A stretch of 64,000 nt of DNA from Candidatus Delongbacteria bacterium (lineage in GTDB: Bacteria > UBA4055). The position numbers were made by a program, and so were the translations under genes. The DNA lies in contig JAFGVM010000064.1 in NCBI GenBank assembly GCA_016937995.1, positions 27,636 through 91,635 on the forward strand, written 5' to 3'. The notes beneath the pieces are model-generated. The model saw only the letters and a list, made by a program, of their open reading frames with translations, had not been told where the DNA came from and did not search any database. Below, piece by piece: positions 8,023 through 17,499 of this stretch. Each line of letters begins with the position of its first letter. Position 1 is the first letter of the stretch.

Positions 8023-11000
8023 ATGAAAAATCTCATACCTCATTTGATTCAGGAAAAATATTTAAAAAACAAAACATCCGGATGGATCTTCGGTTCTGTA
8101 GTATCAATTGATCTGAAGGGTTTTACAAAAATGACTGAAGATCTTATGAAAGATGGTTACTATGGTGCAGAAACATTATCTGAAATCATTAATAAAGTTT
8201 TCGAGCCTGTAATTGATATAATATACAAAAAAGGCGGATTTGTCACAGCATTTATAGGGGATGCAATTACCGCAGTATTTCCTAATGAATATGCATTCAA
8301 TGCTGAATCTGCTTCTAAAGATATTTTAAAAAAGTTCAGCAAAATAAGTTCGATCTCAATAGAAAATTATAAATTCAATTTAAATATCAGGATAGGTATT
8401 TCCTATGGCAGGGTCATTTGGAAGATAGTTAATGTTCCTGAAAGATCAGTTTATTTTTTCAAAGGAAAAACTGTAGATCTAGCTGCAGATGCTCAACAAA
8501 AAGCTGTGCCTGGGAAAATAAAGATAGACAGATCGTATAAAATTGAAAATGGTAAACCGAATAATAAGAAAGCAGTAATAGAAAATATTTCAGAAGAAGT
8601 ATTAAAAGATTTTGTTCCTGATAATGTTCTTGAAATGAAAACACTGGGTGAATTCAGAGATATAGTATCAATATTCATTACCTTTAATGAAATCAGCACC
8701 GATCTGATCCTGTTGTCTAAGTTCCTTTGCTCTGAAAGTGTAAAATATAAGGGTTATCTAAATAAGATCGACTTTGGAGATAAAGGAGGTATTGCTCTTG
8801 TAGTATTCGGAGCTCCGATCAAGGTAGAAAAATACGCTGAACATGCATTGTCATTTGCAATTGAACTTGAAAAGAGATTTCCATTTATAAAGATCGGTAT
8901 AGCCAAAGGAATTACGTACTGTGGTTTTGTCGGTAGTGCTAAGAGAGCTGAATATACAGTTCTTGGTGATACAGTTAATTTGTCAGCCAGATTGATAAAT
9001 GTTACTCCTAAGGGAAAGATCAGAGTTGATGAGAACATGGCAAAGTATAATTATTCCGGCTTTGAATTTAAAACCGAAGGTAAGTATAAATTCAAAGGTT
9101 TTTCGAAACAATTGGCTGTCTTTTCACCTGAAGTAAGATCACATAAGAAACATTTGGATGTTGAAAGTGTATTCGTAGGCAGAGAAAAAGAAATGCAGGT
9201 CCTGAAAGATTTTATAGAACCGATATTTAAAAATAGATTCGCAGGATATATACAGATAAATGGGAATGCGGGTGTAGGTAAAAGCAGATTGGTAAGTGCA
9301 TTAAAAGATAATCTTGGAAAGAAGAAATTTAAGTGGTTCTTTATTTCATGTGATAATATCGTAAATAAAAGTTTTCAGCCTCTAATATCATTTCTTAATC
9401 AGTATATTCAACTGATAGAGAGTCTGGATATTTATGAAAAAACAAAAATATTTAAAGAACATTTAGGCGAACTTAAGAAAATAAGTAGATCAATAAAAGA
9501 TAATCTCAAGAAGATAGAATTTTTTCTTGGAAAATTACTCGGATTAAATGTAAATGATAAAACTTTTGAAAAACTTCCTTCACAGGATATATATGAAAAC
9601 ACATTATTTGCATTTAAACACTATATGTTGTCATACTGTACTAAATATCCGGTTATACTTGAAATAGATGATATCTATAAAGCTGATGAACAGACTCTTG
9701 ATGTAATAAAAGTATTATCGAGGTCCGAAGAAAATATCCCATTTTGCATTATAGGCTCTTCGAGATATCTTGATAATGGAGAGAAGTTCGTTCCGGGGTT
9801 AGATGATGTTGATGAATTTTCAATAGAATTAAAAACTTTGACAAGATCATCTGCAAGAGCAATTATTGAGTTTCTGCTTAGTGTTAAAATATCGGACAAA
9901 TTGTTCAATACAATTTGGGAAAAATCCACCGGAAACCCTTTTTATACCGAACAGCTGACACTTTTTCTTAAGGAGTCAAAATTTTTATATCTGGAAGAAG
10001 GTACAATGACCATTGATCCAAAGGAATATGCTATCCCGGAGAAAATAAGTTCTGTTATAATTTCAAGGATCGACAGATTAAGTTCAGAACTCAGAACTTC
10101 TATTAAAACAGCATCAGTGCTCGGTAAAGAATTTTCAGCTATGGTACTTTCAAAAATGCTTAAAAGTGAAGATATTGATTCACATTTAAAACTTATAGAA
10201 AAAGAAGCATTCTGGTCAAACATAACCGAGATGTTATACATCTTTAAACATGCACTTATCAGAGACAGTGTTTATCAAATGCAGTTGAAAAAAACTTTAA
10301 AAGTTCTACACAAACTTGCTGCAGAAACGATAAAGTCTGTTCATAAAAAGGGAATAGAGAAATATTATGCAGATATTGCGTATCATTATGAAAAATCCGG
10401 AGACAATAAAAATACAATAGATTATTTGTACAAGGCAGCTTTGTATGCCAATGAGAAATATTTTTTGAAGGAAAGCATTAACCACTATAACAAATTGTTA
10501 AAGTTTGAAACCGATAAAACAAATATCGCTGATATTAAATGCACTCTGGCAGATATGCTTTATACACTCGGTAAATGGGATGAAAGTAAAGCTCTGTATA
10601 AAGAAGCGGAAGTTCTGGCGAAAAAATTAAAGAATATTCGCCTTATGATAAGAGCAAAATCTGGTATTGCTGAAATAGTATTTGAAAAAGGTGATCCAGT
10701 AAAAGCTATGGAAATCTTTAAGAAACTTAATCTACAGGCAAAGAACAATAAATTGTACAGACTTCAGGCTGATATTTTAATTAATATGGGTGTTATAAAT
10801 CGGATATCATCAAAATTTGATGAAGCCCTTAAATGCTATAACTCAGTAATAAAACTAGACAAATTTAATAAAGATGACAGATTAATGTGCGGTGTTTATG
10901 ATAATCTGGGAGTTGTATATCTGAACAATAGTGAGTTAGGTAAAGCAAAAGAGAATTTCAATAAATCAAAAGAGATAGCAAAAAGAACTAATAATATCGT

Positions 11001-11964
11001 TGGTTTAATGCACGCAAGATCAAATGAAGGAATAATATATTACAGGCAGGGAAATACAAAAGAAGCTGAAAAGATATATTTGGAAGCTTTAAAAGTTGCT
11101 GAAGATATTGGACATCTGAGACATAAAAGTACAATCCTGGGGCATCTTGCTTCTATAAGTTATTACAACACTGACTATAATCAAGCATTGGATTATTTAA
11201 ATGAGGGTTACGATATAGCAAATGATCTCGGTGATAAAGCAAGTAAATGTTATTTGTTGTCGTCTATAGGTGTATTGAACCGGAGATTGGGGAATAATAA
11301 AAAAAGTTTTGAATCATTTGAAATCCAAAAAAAATTGGCAAAAGAATTAAATAATCATGAACAATATGCTATGTCTATCGGAAATATTGCTTTTATGCAT
11401 TCACTTCTAGGAAATTTTAAAAAAAGTAATAAGATGTATGAAGAAAGCAACATTCTTACTAAGAAAGTAAATGACAGGTACAGTCTGGGACATAATTATA
11501 TTAGTATGGGAGAGAATTTCAGGCACTTGAAAGATCACAAAAAGTCGATCGAGTATTACAAAAATGGATTAGTGATCGCGGAAGAATTTGATGCGAAATT
11601 TCTTCTGGTTTCGTCATATTATTATTTTGGAGAAGTATATTTTGATGTGAATGACCATAAGAATGCAAAGATATACTTTAGTAAGGCTTTAAACCTAGCT
11701 AAAGAGCTTGAAAGAGATGATTATATTTTCGACAGCAAATTAATGCTGATATTCATTGATAAAAAGATGAAGGATAAAGAAAAAGCACTCCTTGAATTAA
11801 GACCGGATAAACTTGGAGAAAATAAAAAAGCTAATCTTAACAGAATTCTTTTCCTTACTACAGGCATGAAGAAATATAAAACAGCAGCAGTGAAAATTTA
11901 TAGAGATCTATTTGATAAATTTGGATATTACGAATATAAAGTGGCTTTAGATCAATTAAAATAA
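8023..11964 (+). CDS. Tandem class III adenylate/guanylate cyclase + STAND AAA ATPase + TPR protein (soluble AC/ADCY10-like)
   Basis: C1 IDLKGFT and FIGDA; C2 LNKIDFGDKG and GDTVNLSARL; FVGREKE, Walker A GNAGVGKS, Walker B LEIDD, GNPFY, FKHALIRD; long TPR array. Confidence 0.9.
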   Translation: MKNLIPHLIQEKYLKNKTSGWIFGSVVSIDLKGFTKMTEDLMKDGYYGAETLSEIINKVFEPVIDIIYKKGGFVTAFIGDAITAVFPNEYAFNAESASKDILKKFSKISSISIENYKFNLNIRIGISYGRVIWKIVNVPERSVYFFKGKTVDLAADAQQKAVPGKIKIDRSYKIENGKPNNKKAVIENISEEVLKDFVPDNVLEMKTLGEFRDIVSIFITFNEISTDLILLSKFLCSESVKYKGYLNKIDFGDKGGIALVVFGAPIKVEKYAEHALSFAIELEKRFPFIKIGIAKGITYCGFVGSAKRAEYTVLGDTVNLSARLINVTPKGKIRVDENMAKYNYSGFEFKTEGKYKFKGFSKQLAVFSPEVRSHKKHLDVESVFVGREKEMQVLKDFIEPIFKNRFAGYIQINGNAGVGKSRLVSALKDNLGKKKFKWFFISCDNIVNKSFQPLISFLNQYIQLIESLDIYEKTKIFKEHLGELKKISRSIKDNLKKIEFFLGKLLGLNVNDKTFEKLPSQDIYENTLFAFKHYMLSYCTKYPVILEIDDIYKADEQTLDVIKVLSRSEENIPFCIIGSSRYLDNGEKFVPGLDDVDEFSIELKTLTRSSARAIIEFLLSVKISDKLFNTIWEKSTGNPFYTEQLTLFLKESKFLYLEEGTMTIDPKEYAIPEKISSVIISRIDRLSSELRTSIKTASVLGKEFSAMVLSKMLKSEDIDSHLKLIEKEAFWSNITEMLYIFKHALIRDSVYQMQLKKTLKVLHKLAAETIKSVHKKGIEKYYADIAYHYEKSGDNKNTIDYLYKAALYANEKYFLKESINHYNKLLKFETDKTNIADIKCTLADMLYTLGKWDESKALYKEAEVLAKKLKNIRLMIRAKSGIAEIVFEKGDPVKAMEIFKKLNLQAKNNKLYRLQADILINMGVINRISSKFDEALKCYNSVIKLDKFNKDDRLMCGVYDNLGVVYLNNSELGKAKENFNKSKEIAKRTNNIVGLMHARSNEGIIYYRQGNTKEAEKIYLEALKVAEDIGHLRHKSTILGHLASISYYNTDYNQALDYLNEGYDIANDLGDKASKCYLLSSIGVLNRRLGNNKKSFESFEIQKKLAKELNNHEQYAMSIGNIAFMHSLLGNFKKSNKMYEESNILTKKVNDRYSLGHNYISMGENFRHLKDHKKSIEYYKNGLVIAEEFDAKFLLVSSYYYFGEVYFDVNDHKNAKIYFSKALNLAKELERDDYIFDSKLMLIFIDKKMKDKEKALLELRPDKLGENKKANLNRILFLTTGMKKYKTAAVKIYRDLFDKFGYYEYKVALDQLK

Positions 11965-12272
11965 TTTATCCACAGACAATCTGTTAGATCAACAAAGATA
12001 TGGATCATTAACCCTATACCGATGATTCTTGTTTTTGGGATAAAACTTAAAATTAGATAAATTCCAATAGCGTAATATGAATGCAAAGGATGAAATCCGA
12101 TACTACATCTTGCAGGATCAAAGATCGGAGTAGCTAAAAGATGATCAAGATCGATCAAATAGGCTGCTAACATGATGAGCCATGAGCTCTTCCATTTACT
12201 GTTAAAAAAGAACCAGGCGATCATGCCCGGTATTAAAATGTGTAAACTATTATGTATAATCGTTTGTAAGAT
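11952..12272 (-). CDS. DUF6122-like membrane protein (metal-dependent hydrolase-like), probable ATC start
   Basis: IDLDHLLATPIFDPARCSIGFHPLH; the frame extends 16 codons above the ATG at 12224 (xLQTIIHNSLHILIPG) to an ATC downstream of AAGGA. Confidence 0.75.
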   Translation of the reverse strand: MLQTIIHNSLHILIPGMIAWFFFNSKWKSSWLIMLAAYLIDLDHLLATPIFDPARCSIGFHPLHSYYAIGIYLILSFIPKTRIIGIGLMIHIFVDLTDCLWINYFN

Positions 12273-12296
12273 GATTTATTCCTTATTTATAACACC

Positions 12297-12416
12297 TAGA
12301 TTCCTCACTGCGATTTAGATTGCCACACATCCCGATTTATCGGGACAATGACAGCGAGTAACCTCATACCTTATATCTAAAAAAGTCTTACATTTCGGTA
12401 ACTCAATGTGACTTTT
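12297..12416. repeat. Composite REP-like elements (TGTCA-type) with nested CCCGATTTATCGGG palindrome
   Basis: GATTGCCAC...TCCCGATTTATCGGGA-CAATGACA; AAAAGTCTTAC...TAACTCAATGTGACTTTT is related to 51379-51415. Confidence 0.6.
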
Positions 12417-13110
12417 AATCCCTGCGACCAAAAATTCTAAGCAGCATTAGGAATAAATTAATAAAATCCAGATAAAGCCTTAAAGCACCCATGATGGCTT
12501 CTTTCTTATCCTCATCAGTATTTTCATTTCCGATGATGTTCATCTCTTTTATCTTCTGAGTATCATAAGCTGTCAATCCGGTGAAAACAAAAACACCAAC
12601 ATAGGTTATCAGCCAGTACAAAGCACTGCTTGCCCAGAAGATGTTTACAACTGAACCTATGATAATCCCGATCAGTCCCATGAAGAAGAAGCTTCCCCAG
12701 CTTGTAAGATCTTTCTTTGTAGTATATCCATAGAAACTCATTGCAGCGAACATAGCTGCTGTTGTGAAAAAAGCACTGTTTATTGCCTCAGAAGTATAAA
12801 CGATGAATATAAATGACATTGTAAGGCCGTTCAATGCTGCATAAAGAAAGAATACTAGCATGGCTGTTGAAGCGCTCATTTTTTTAACAGCAACAACCAG
12901 ATAACCGACTGCGAAAAGTTCACCAATGAATAATCCGAAAAATAACATTGGATTACCGAACATATAACGCATCATTGATTCGCTTCCTGATACAAAATAA
13001 GCTACTAAAGCAGTTATTAGCAATGCACTGCTCATCCAGTTATAAACTTTCATCATAAAACGTCTTTGCTCATCAGCAACTTCCTGGGATATTGCTCTTT
13101 GTTCAAACAT
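12415..13110 (-). CDS. Bax inhibitor-1/YccA family membrane protein
   Basis: MMKVYNWM, YGYTTKKDL, LTAYDTQKIK and GALRLYLDFINLFL. Confidence 0.92.
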   Translation of the reverse strand: MFEQRAISQEVADEQRRFMMKVYNWMSSALLITALVAYFVSGSESMMRYMFGNPMLFFGLFIGELFAVGYLVVAVKKMSASTAMLVFFLYAALNGLTMSFIFIVYTSEAINSAFFTTAAMFAAMSFYGYTTKKDLTSWGSFFFMGLIGIIIGSVVNIFWASSALYWLITYVGVFVFTGLTAYDTQKIKEMNIIGNENTDEDKKEAIMGALRLYLDFINLFLMLLRIFGRRD

Positions 13111-13123
13111 AATGTGCTCCTTG

Positions 13124-13158
13124 TAAAAGAGGGGAGGGTTGGGAACCCTCCCCTACAA
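13124..13158 (-). repeat. GTAG-type REP palindrome
   Basis: TAAAAGAGGGGAGGGTTGGGAACCCTCCCCTACAA; same flanks as the 7741 copy, with a compensatory stem change. Confidence 0.7.
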
Positions 13159-13170
13159 AAGTGTTTTTTG

Positions 13171-14208
13171 TTATTTTGCCAACATATACATTATCGTTAA
13201 TTCTGTTGTTGCATCGATTGAATCCCTGTGAACTCTTTCAAATGAATGAGATGCGTCAACTCCCGGGCCGAAAAGAATATGTCTTGCATCAATACCGGTC
13301 CTCAATGCACCTGCAACATCACTTCCGTACATTGGATATATGTCAACTTTGTAAGGTATCTTATTCTTTTTTGCCAGATCAACTATCTTAGTTCTAAGTT
13401 TGTAATCGAAAGGTCCTGTAGAATCTTTTGCACAGATAGATACAGAAAATTCATCGCTTGCCTGACCATGTCCCAGAGCACCCATATCAATTGCAGCTAT
13501 CTCAAAACAATTATCAGGCAACTTGGAAATTGTGCCATTACCCACTTCTTCAGCGACTGAGATGTAGAACCACGTTTCGTACTCAGGAACTTTCTTGGTC
13601 CTTACAAAATATTCTACAGCACCGAAAAGAGCAGCAACTCCAGCCTTATCATCAAGATGTCTTGATTTAATAAAACCGGACTTAGTAACTTCAACTCTGG
13701 GATCAAAATAAACGTAATCACCGATCTCTATACCTAATTTCTGAACATCTTCAATACTGTTAACTTTTTCATCAATTTTTATGCTGATATTATCAAAACT
13801 TCTTTCTTCTTTGCTTAATTTTGCATTTACATGTGCAGAAGGATTATTATGAAGTACAGTACCTCTGTATCTTTTCCCTTTCACAGTCTCGATAGTTACA
13901 TATTCACCTTCAATACTGAACGGAGCAACTCCACCGACTGGAACTAAGTAAACTCTTCCGTCATCACCGATCTTCTTGACCATTCCGCCAAGAGTATCTG
14001 CATGAGCTGTAAGTAATCTGACTTTCTTATTATTTTTACCTTTTAACTTTATGATCAGACCGCCTTTATAAGTTTGTTCACTTTTGATCTTTAGAGCTTT
14101 GGTGTATTTTTCCATTAGTTTTACAACTTTTTCACAATTACCTGAAATACCTTCAGTGTTAAGAAGTTCAGGTAACATTTTCCATGCATAATCTTTAGCT
14201 TTTTTCAT
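13171..14208 (-). CDS. M42 family aminopeptidase
   Basis: TAHADTLG, SRHLDDKAG, AEEVG, AIDMG and DASHSFER metal ligands. Confidence 0.9.
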   Translation of the reverse strand: MKKAKDYAWKMLPELLNTEGISGNCEKVVKLMEKYTKALKIKSEQTYKGGLIIKLKGKNNKKVRLLTAHADTLGGMVKKIGDDGRVYLVPVGGVAPFSIEGEYVTIETVKGKRYRGTVLHNNPSAHVNAKLSKEERSFDNISIKIDEKVNSIEDVQKLGIEIGDYVYFDPRVEVTKSGFIKSRHLDDKAGVAALFGAVEYFVRTKKVPEYETWFYISVAEEVGNGTISKLPDNCFEIAAIDMGALGHGQASDEFSVSICAKDSTGPFDYKLRTKIVDLAKKNKIPYKVDIYPMYGSDVAGALRTGIDARHILFGPGVDASHSFERVHRDSIDATTELTIMYMLAK

Positions 14209-14318
14209 TATAAATATCTCCGATAGTAATTTTCATCGTTCAATCAAATTAATTGTTAAGAATTTTATTTCTTAACAGCATCAAAGTAATTTAGTAAATA
14301 TTCTATTAAAAAACAATA

Positions 14319-15578
14319 CTAACGGGATGTTTTAAGCGCTTTATACCATTTTTTCTTTGTATTATTTTCGTGTGATTTGCTTTTCCCGGGTTCTGTTGAT
14401 CTTTTTTGCCTAGGTTGTTTGACCGGTTTAACAGGATCATGGTCGATCAACGGGAAAGGATGGTCTTCAATTACTTCTATTTTCTTGTTTATCAATTTCT
14501 CAATATCTTTGAGAAAAGGTTTTTCATCAGCATCACAAAATGAAATTGCTGTTCCCTCAGCTCCCGCTCTTGCTGTTCTGCCTATTCGATGAACATAAGT
14601 CTCTGAAATATTAGGTATCTCATAATTGATCACGTACTCCATATCATCAATATCAATACCTCGGGCCGCAATATCTGTTGCCAATAATACCCTTGTTGTT
14701 TTAGCTTTAAAATTCGCTAATGCTTTCTGTCTTGCATTTTGAGATTTGTTGCCATGTATAGCTTCAGCCTTTATATTGTTTTTATGCATGATCTTCACAA
14801 GTTTGTCAGCCCCGTACTTTGTTCTGGTAAAAACCAGTGCTGAGTTGATGTTTTCATCTTTTAGAACATCAAGAAGTAATGCACTTTTGTTACCTTTATC
14901 AACAAAGTAAACGCATTGTTTTACAATTTCTACTGTGGACGAAACTGGTGTAACTGAAATATGTGCAGGATCATTCAAAATAGTGGCAGCAAGAGTAACT
15001 ATTTCTTGAGGCATTGTTGCTGAGAAGAAGAGTGACTGTCTTTTCTTTGGAAGTTCGGCTATCATTTTTTTTACATCGTGAATGAATCCCATATCAAGCA
15101 TTCTATCTGCTTCGTCCAAAACGAAATATTTTATATTCCGTAATGTTAAAACCCCCTGGTTCATAAGATCCAGAAGCCTTCCGGGTGTTGCAACTACAAC
15201 ATCTACACCGGATTGTAACGAACTTACCTGAGAATGTTGTTTTACTCCACCAAAGATCACAGCATGTTTAATTCCTGTATGCCTTCCATAAGCCGCAAAG
15301 CTTTCTCCGATCTGGATTGCAAGTTCTCTTGTCGGAGTGACGATCAGTGACTTGATTTTTCTCTTATCTTCGTAATTTCTATTGGTTTCTAACAATTGCA
15401 ATATTGGAATCGCAAATGCAGCAGTTTTACCTGTTCCGGTCTGAGCACATCCGAGGACATCCGATCCTTTCAGGACTATAGGAATACATTGTTCCTGTAT
15501 CGGTGTAGGTATGGAATAACCTTCTTCTTTTATAGCTTTTAAAATGGGTTTGATGATGTTCAGTGATTGAAATTGTAT
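14319..15578 (-). CDS. rhlE: DEAD-box RNA helicase (RhlE-like); start uncertain, probably ATA at 15578
   Basis: Q motif PTPIQ, AQTGTGKT, PTRELA, DEAD, SAT, ARGID and HRIGRTAR. The only canonical in-frame start before the Q motif is a TTG at 15668 inside recN. Confidence 0.85.
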   Translation of the reverse strand: MQFQSLNIIKPILKAIKEEGYSIPTPIQEQCIPIVLKGSDVLGCAQTGTGKTAAFAIPILQLLETNRNYEDKRKIKSLIVTPTRELAIQIGESFAAYGRHTGIKHAVIFGGVKQHSQVSSLQSGVDVVVATPGRLLDLMNQGVLTLRNIKYFVLDEADRMLDMGFIHDVKKMIAELPKKRQSLFFSATMPQEIVTLAATILNDPAHISVTPVSSTVEIVKQCVYFVDKGNKSALLLDVLKDENINSALVFTRTKYGADKLVKIMHKNNIKAEAIHGNKSQNARQKALANFKAKTTRVLLATDIAARGIDIDDMEYVINYEIPNISETYVHRIGRTARAGAEGTAISFCDADEKPFLKDIEKLINKKIEVIEDHPFPLIDHDPVKPVKQPRQKRSTEPGKSKSHENNTKKKWYKALKTSR

Positions 15579-15600
15579 CTCATGTTCGTGCGTCTTAGGT

Positions 15601-17244
15601 TTAATTTCTTTTATTTTTGTCAAGTTTAATTTCCTCTTTAGTTTTGTCACTTGACACCAGCGAATCAATTTCTTTTAATCTATCCGATCCTTCAAGTTTC
15701 TTGATTTTCACCATAGTTTTATTGTTATTAACTTCTTTTCTGACAGAGAAATGGTGAATTCCCTTTGAAGCTATTGCAGGAAGGTGAGTAATTACAAATA
15801 ACTGTTTATTTTTTGATAGAGCTTCAAGTTTTGCTCCGACCTTTTCAGCGATCCTTCCACTGATACCTGAATCTATCTCATCAAATATAAGTATGTTGAT
15901 ACCTTTCTTCTTACTTATGATATTTTTTATAGCAAGCATGATCCTTGAAACTTCACCACCGGAAACTATCTTTGACAGTGGTTTGGAATCCTCTCCGATA
16001 TTGGTTCTGATGAAAAGCTCAATATCATCCATTCCATTCTCAGAGATATCTTTCTCGCTGAAAACAAAGCTTATCTCAGCAGCCGAAAGACCGACATCAT
16101 CAAATTCCTGATTGATCCTTTTGACAAGGTCTTTTGAACCGGTTTTTCTCTGTTCACTGATTTCAGAACAAACGACTTTTAGCTGATCTTCAGTATTTTT
16201 AATTTCTTTATTTAATTTTTCAATATCAAAAGAGATATTTTCAATGGATTCCAACTGACCATTGATCTCATCAAGGTATTTTATTACATCTTCAATTTCC
16301 GGACCGAATTTCTTCTTTAATTTCGAAAGTTTATTTAGTCTGTCATTCAAATAAACAAATCTCTCCTCATCGAATTCCAAACCGTTAACATATCTTGAAG
16401 CAGAGTCATTCAGTTCGGAGAAAGTTGCATAAGCTGAGTCGATGTCTTTATCGAATTCAAGGAATTCCGGGTTTATTCCGGATAATTCTTCACATTTATT
16501 CTTCAGTGTATCTATGGCAGAAAGAACAGAATTCGGGGATCCTGAGATCAAGTGGTCTATATGATCTGAAGTTTTCTTTAAATTTTCAATGTTTTCAAGT
16601 TCTCTCAGCTCTTTGTCTACTTGGGTATCTTCGTCATTCTCAGGTGATATCTCTTCAATTTCTTTCTTGTGATATTCAAGCAACTCTTTTTTATCTTTGA
16701 GTTCGTTCTCTTCTCTGATAGTTTTTTCAAGTTCTTTCTTAAAGTTAATTAACTTTAAATATATTTTTGAAATTCCACCGGTGTTGATATCAAGGTAATT
16801 ATCTAAAATTGATAAATGATTATTCTTATCCAGCAGAGACTGATGTTCGTGCTGTCCATGTACGTCGATTAATTTTTTTCCAATCTCAGTTAGTATATCG
16901 ATCTTAACAGGGGAATCATTTATAAATGCTCTGCTTCGATTACTACTGTTAAGTTCTCTTCTGATGATCAAAGGATCTTCAAAAAGTATATAATCGTTAT
17001 CAGAGAGGATTTTTTTTACTTCATCATCAAGGTTGATAAATTCAGCTTCGACTGTTAATTTATCTTCACCTGTTCGTATCAGAGTTGTATCGATCCGGTT
17101 CCCAAGTATCAGGTTCAATGATGCAATAATAATAGATTTTCCGGCACCTGTTTCACCGGTTAAAATATTAAGACCATCATGAGGAATGAATTCAAGATGG
17201 TCTATAATTGCAAGATTATCTATTGTGAGTTTGCTTAGAAGCAT
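15601..17244 (-). CDS. recN: DNA repair protein RecN
   Basis: TGETGAGKS, HGQHEHQ, coiled coil, SGGEVSR, FDEIDSG and ITHLP. Confidence 0.95.
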   Translation of the reverse strand: MLLSKLTIDNLAIIDHLEFIPHDGLNILTGETGAGKSIIIASLNLILGNRIDTTLIRTGEDKLTVEAEFINLDDEVKKILSDNDYILFEDPLIIRRELNSSNRSRAFINDSPVKIDILTEIGKKLIDVHGQHEHQSLLDKNNHLSILDNYLDINTGGISKIYLKLINFKKELEKTIREENELKDKKELLEYHKKEIEEISPENDEDTQVDKELRELENIENLKKTSDHIDHLISGSPNSVLSAIDTLKNKCEELSGINPEFLEFDKDIDSAYATFSELNDSASRYVNGLEFDEERFVYLNDRLNKLSKLKKKFGPEIEDVIKYLDEINGQLESIENISFDIEKLNKEIKNTEDQLKVVCSEISEQRKTGSKDLVKRINQEFDDVGLSAAEISFVFSEKDISENGMDDIELFIRTNIGEDSKPLSKIVSGGEVSRIMLAIKNIISKKKGINILIFDEIDSGISGRIAEKVGAKLEALSKNKQLFVITHLPAIASKGIHHFSVRKEVNNNKTMVKIKKLEGSDRLKEIDSLVSSDKTKEEIKLDKNKRN

Positions 17245-17499
17245 GGTAGTTGCTCTAACTCGGTTTTATTTTATTTGTATGACTGCTTATATTCATGACT
17301 TGTAATATAAAAGAATAAACTACTTTTGCAATTCATTTATTTGATCTGTCAAAAATCTTCAAATTAATCTACACATTTTCTTCTGATACACAAGGGTATT
17401 CTAAGGTAGATTAAATTTAATTATTCTCTTGATTTGCTAGAGAATCGGTTTTATTATTGTATAATTATTAAGTAACAAAATATTTAAGAGGAGTTCAAA

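Noticed and set aside
15579..15668. 30-aa N-terminal extension of the helicase from TTG 15668
   Set aside because: It overlaps recN by 68 nt and does not resemble the family, so it is kept only as an alternative start.
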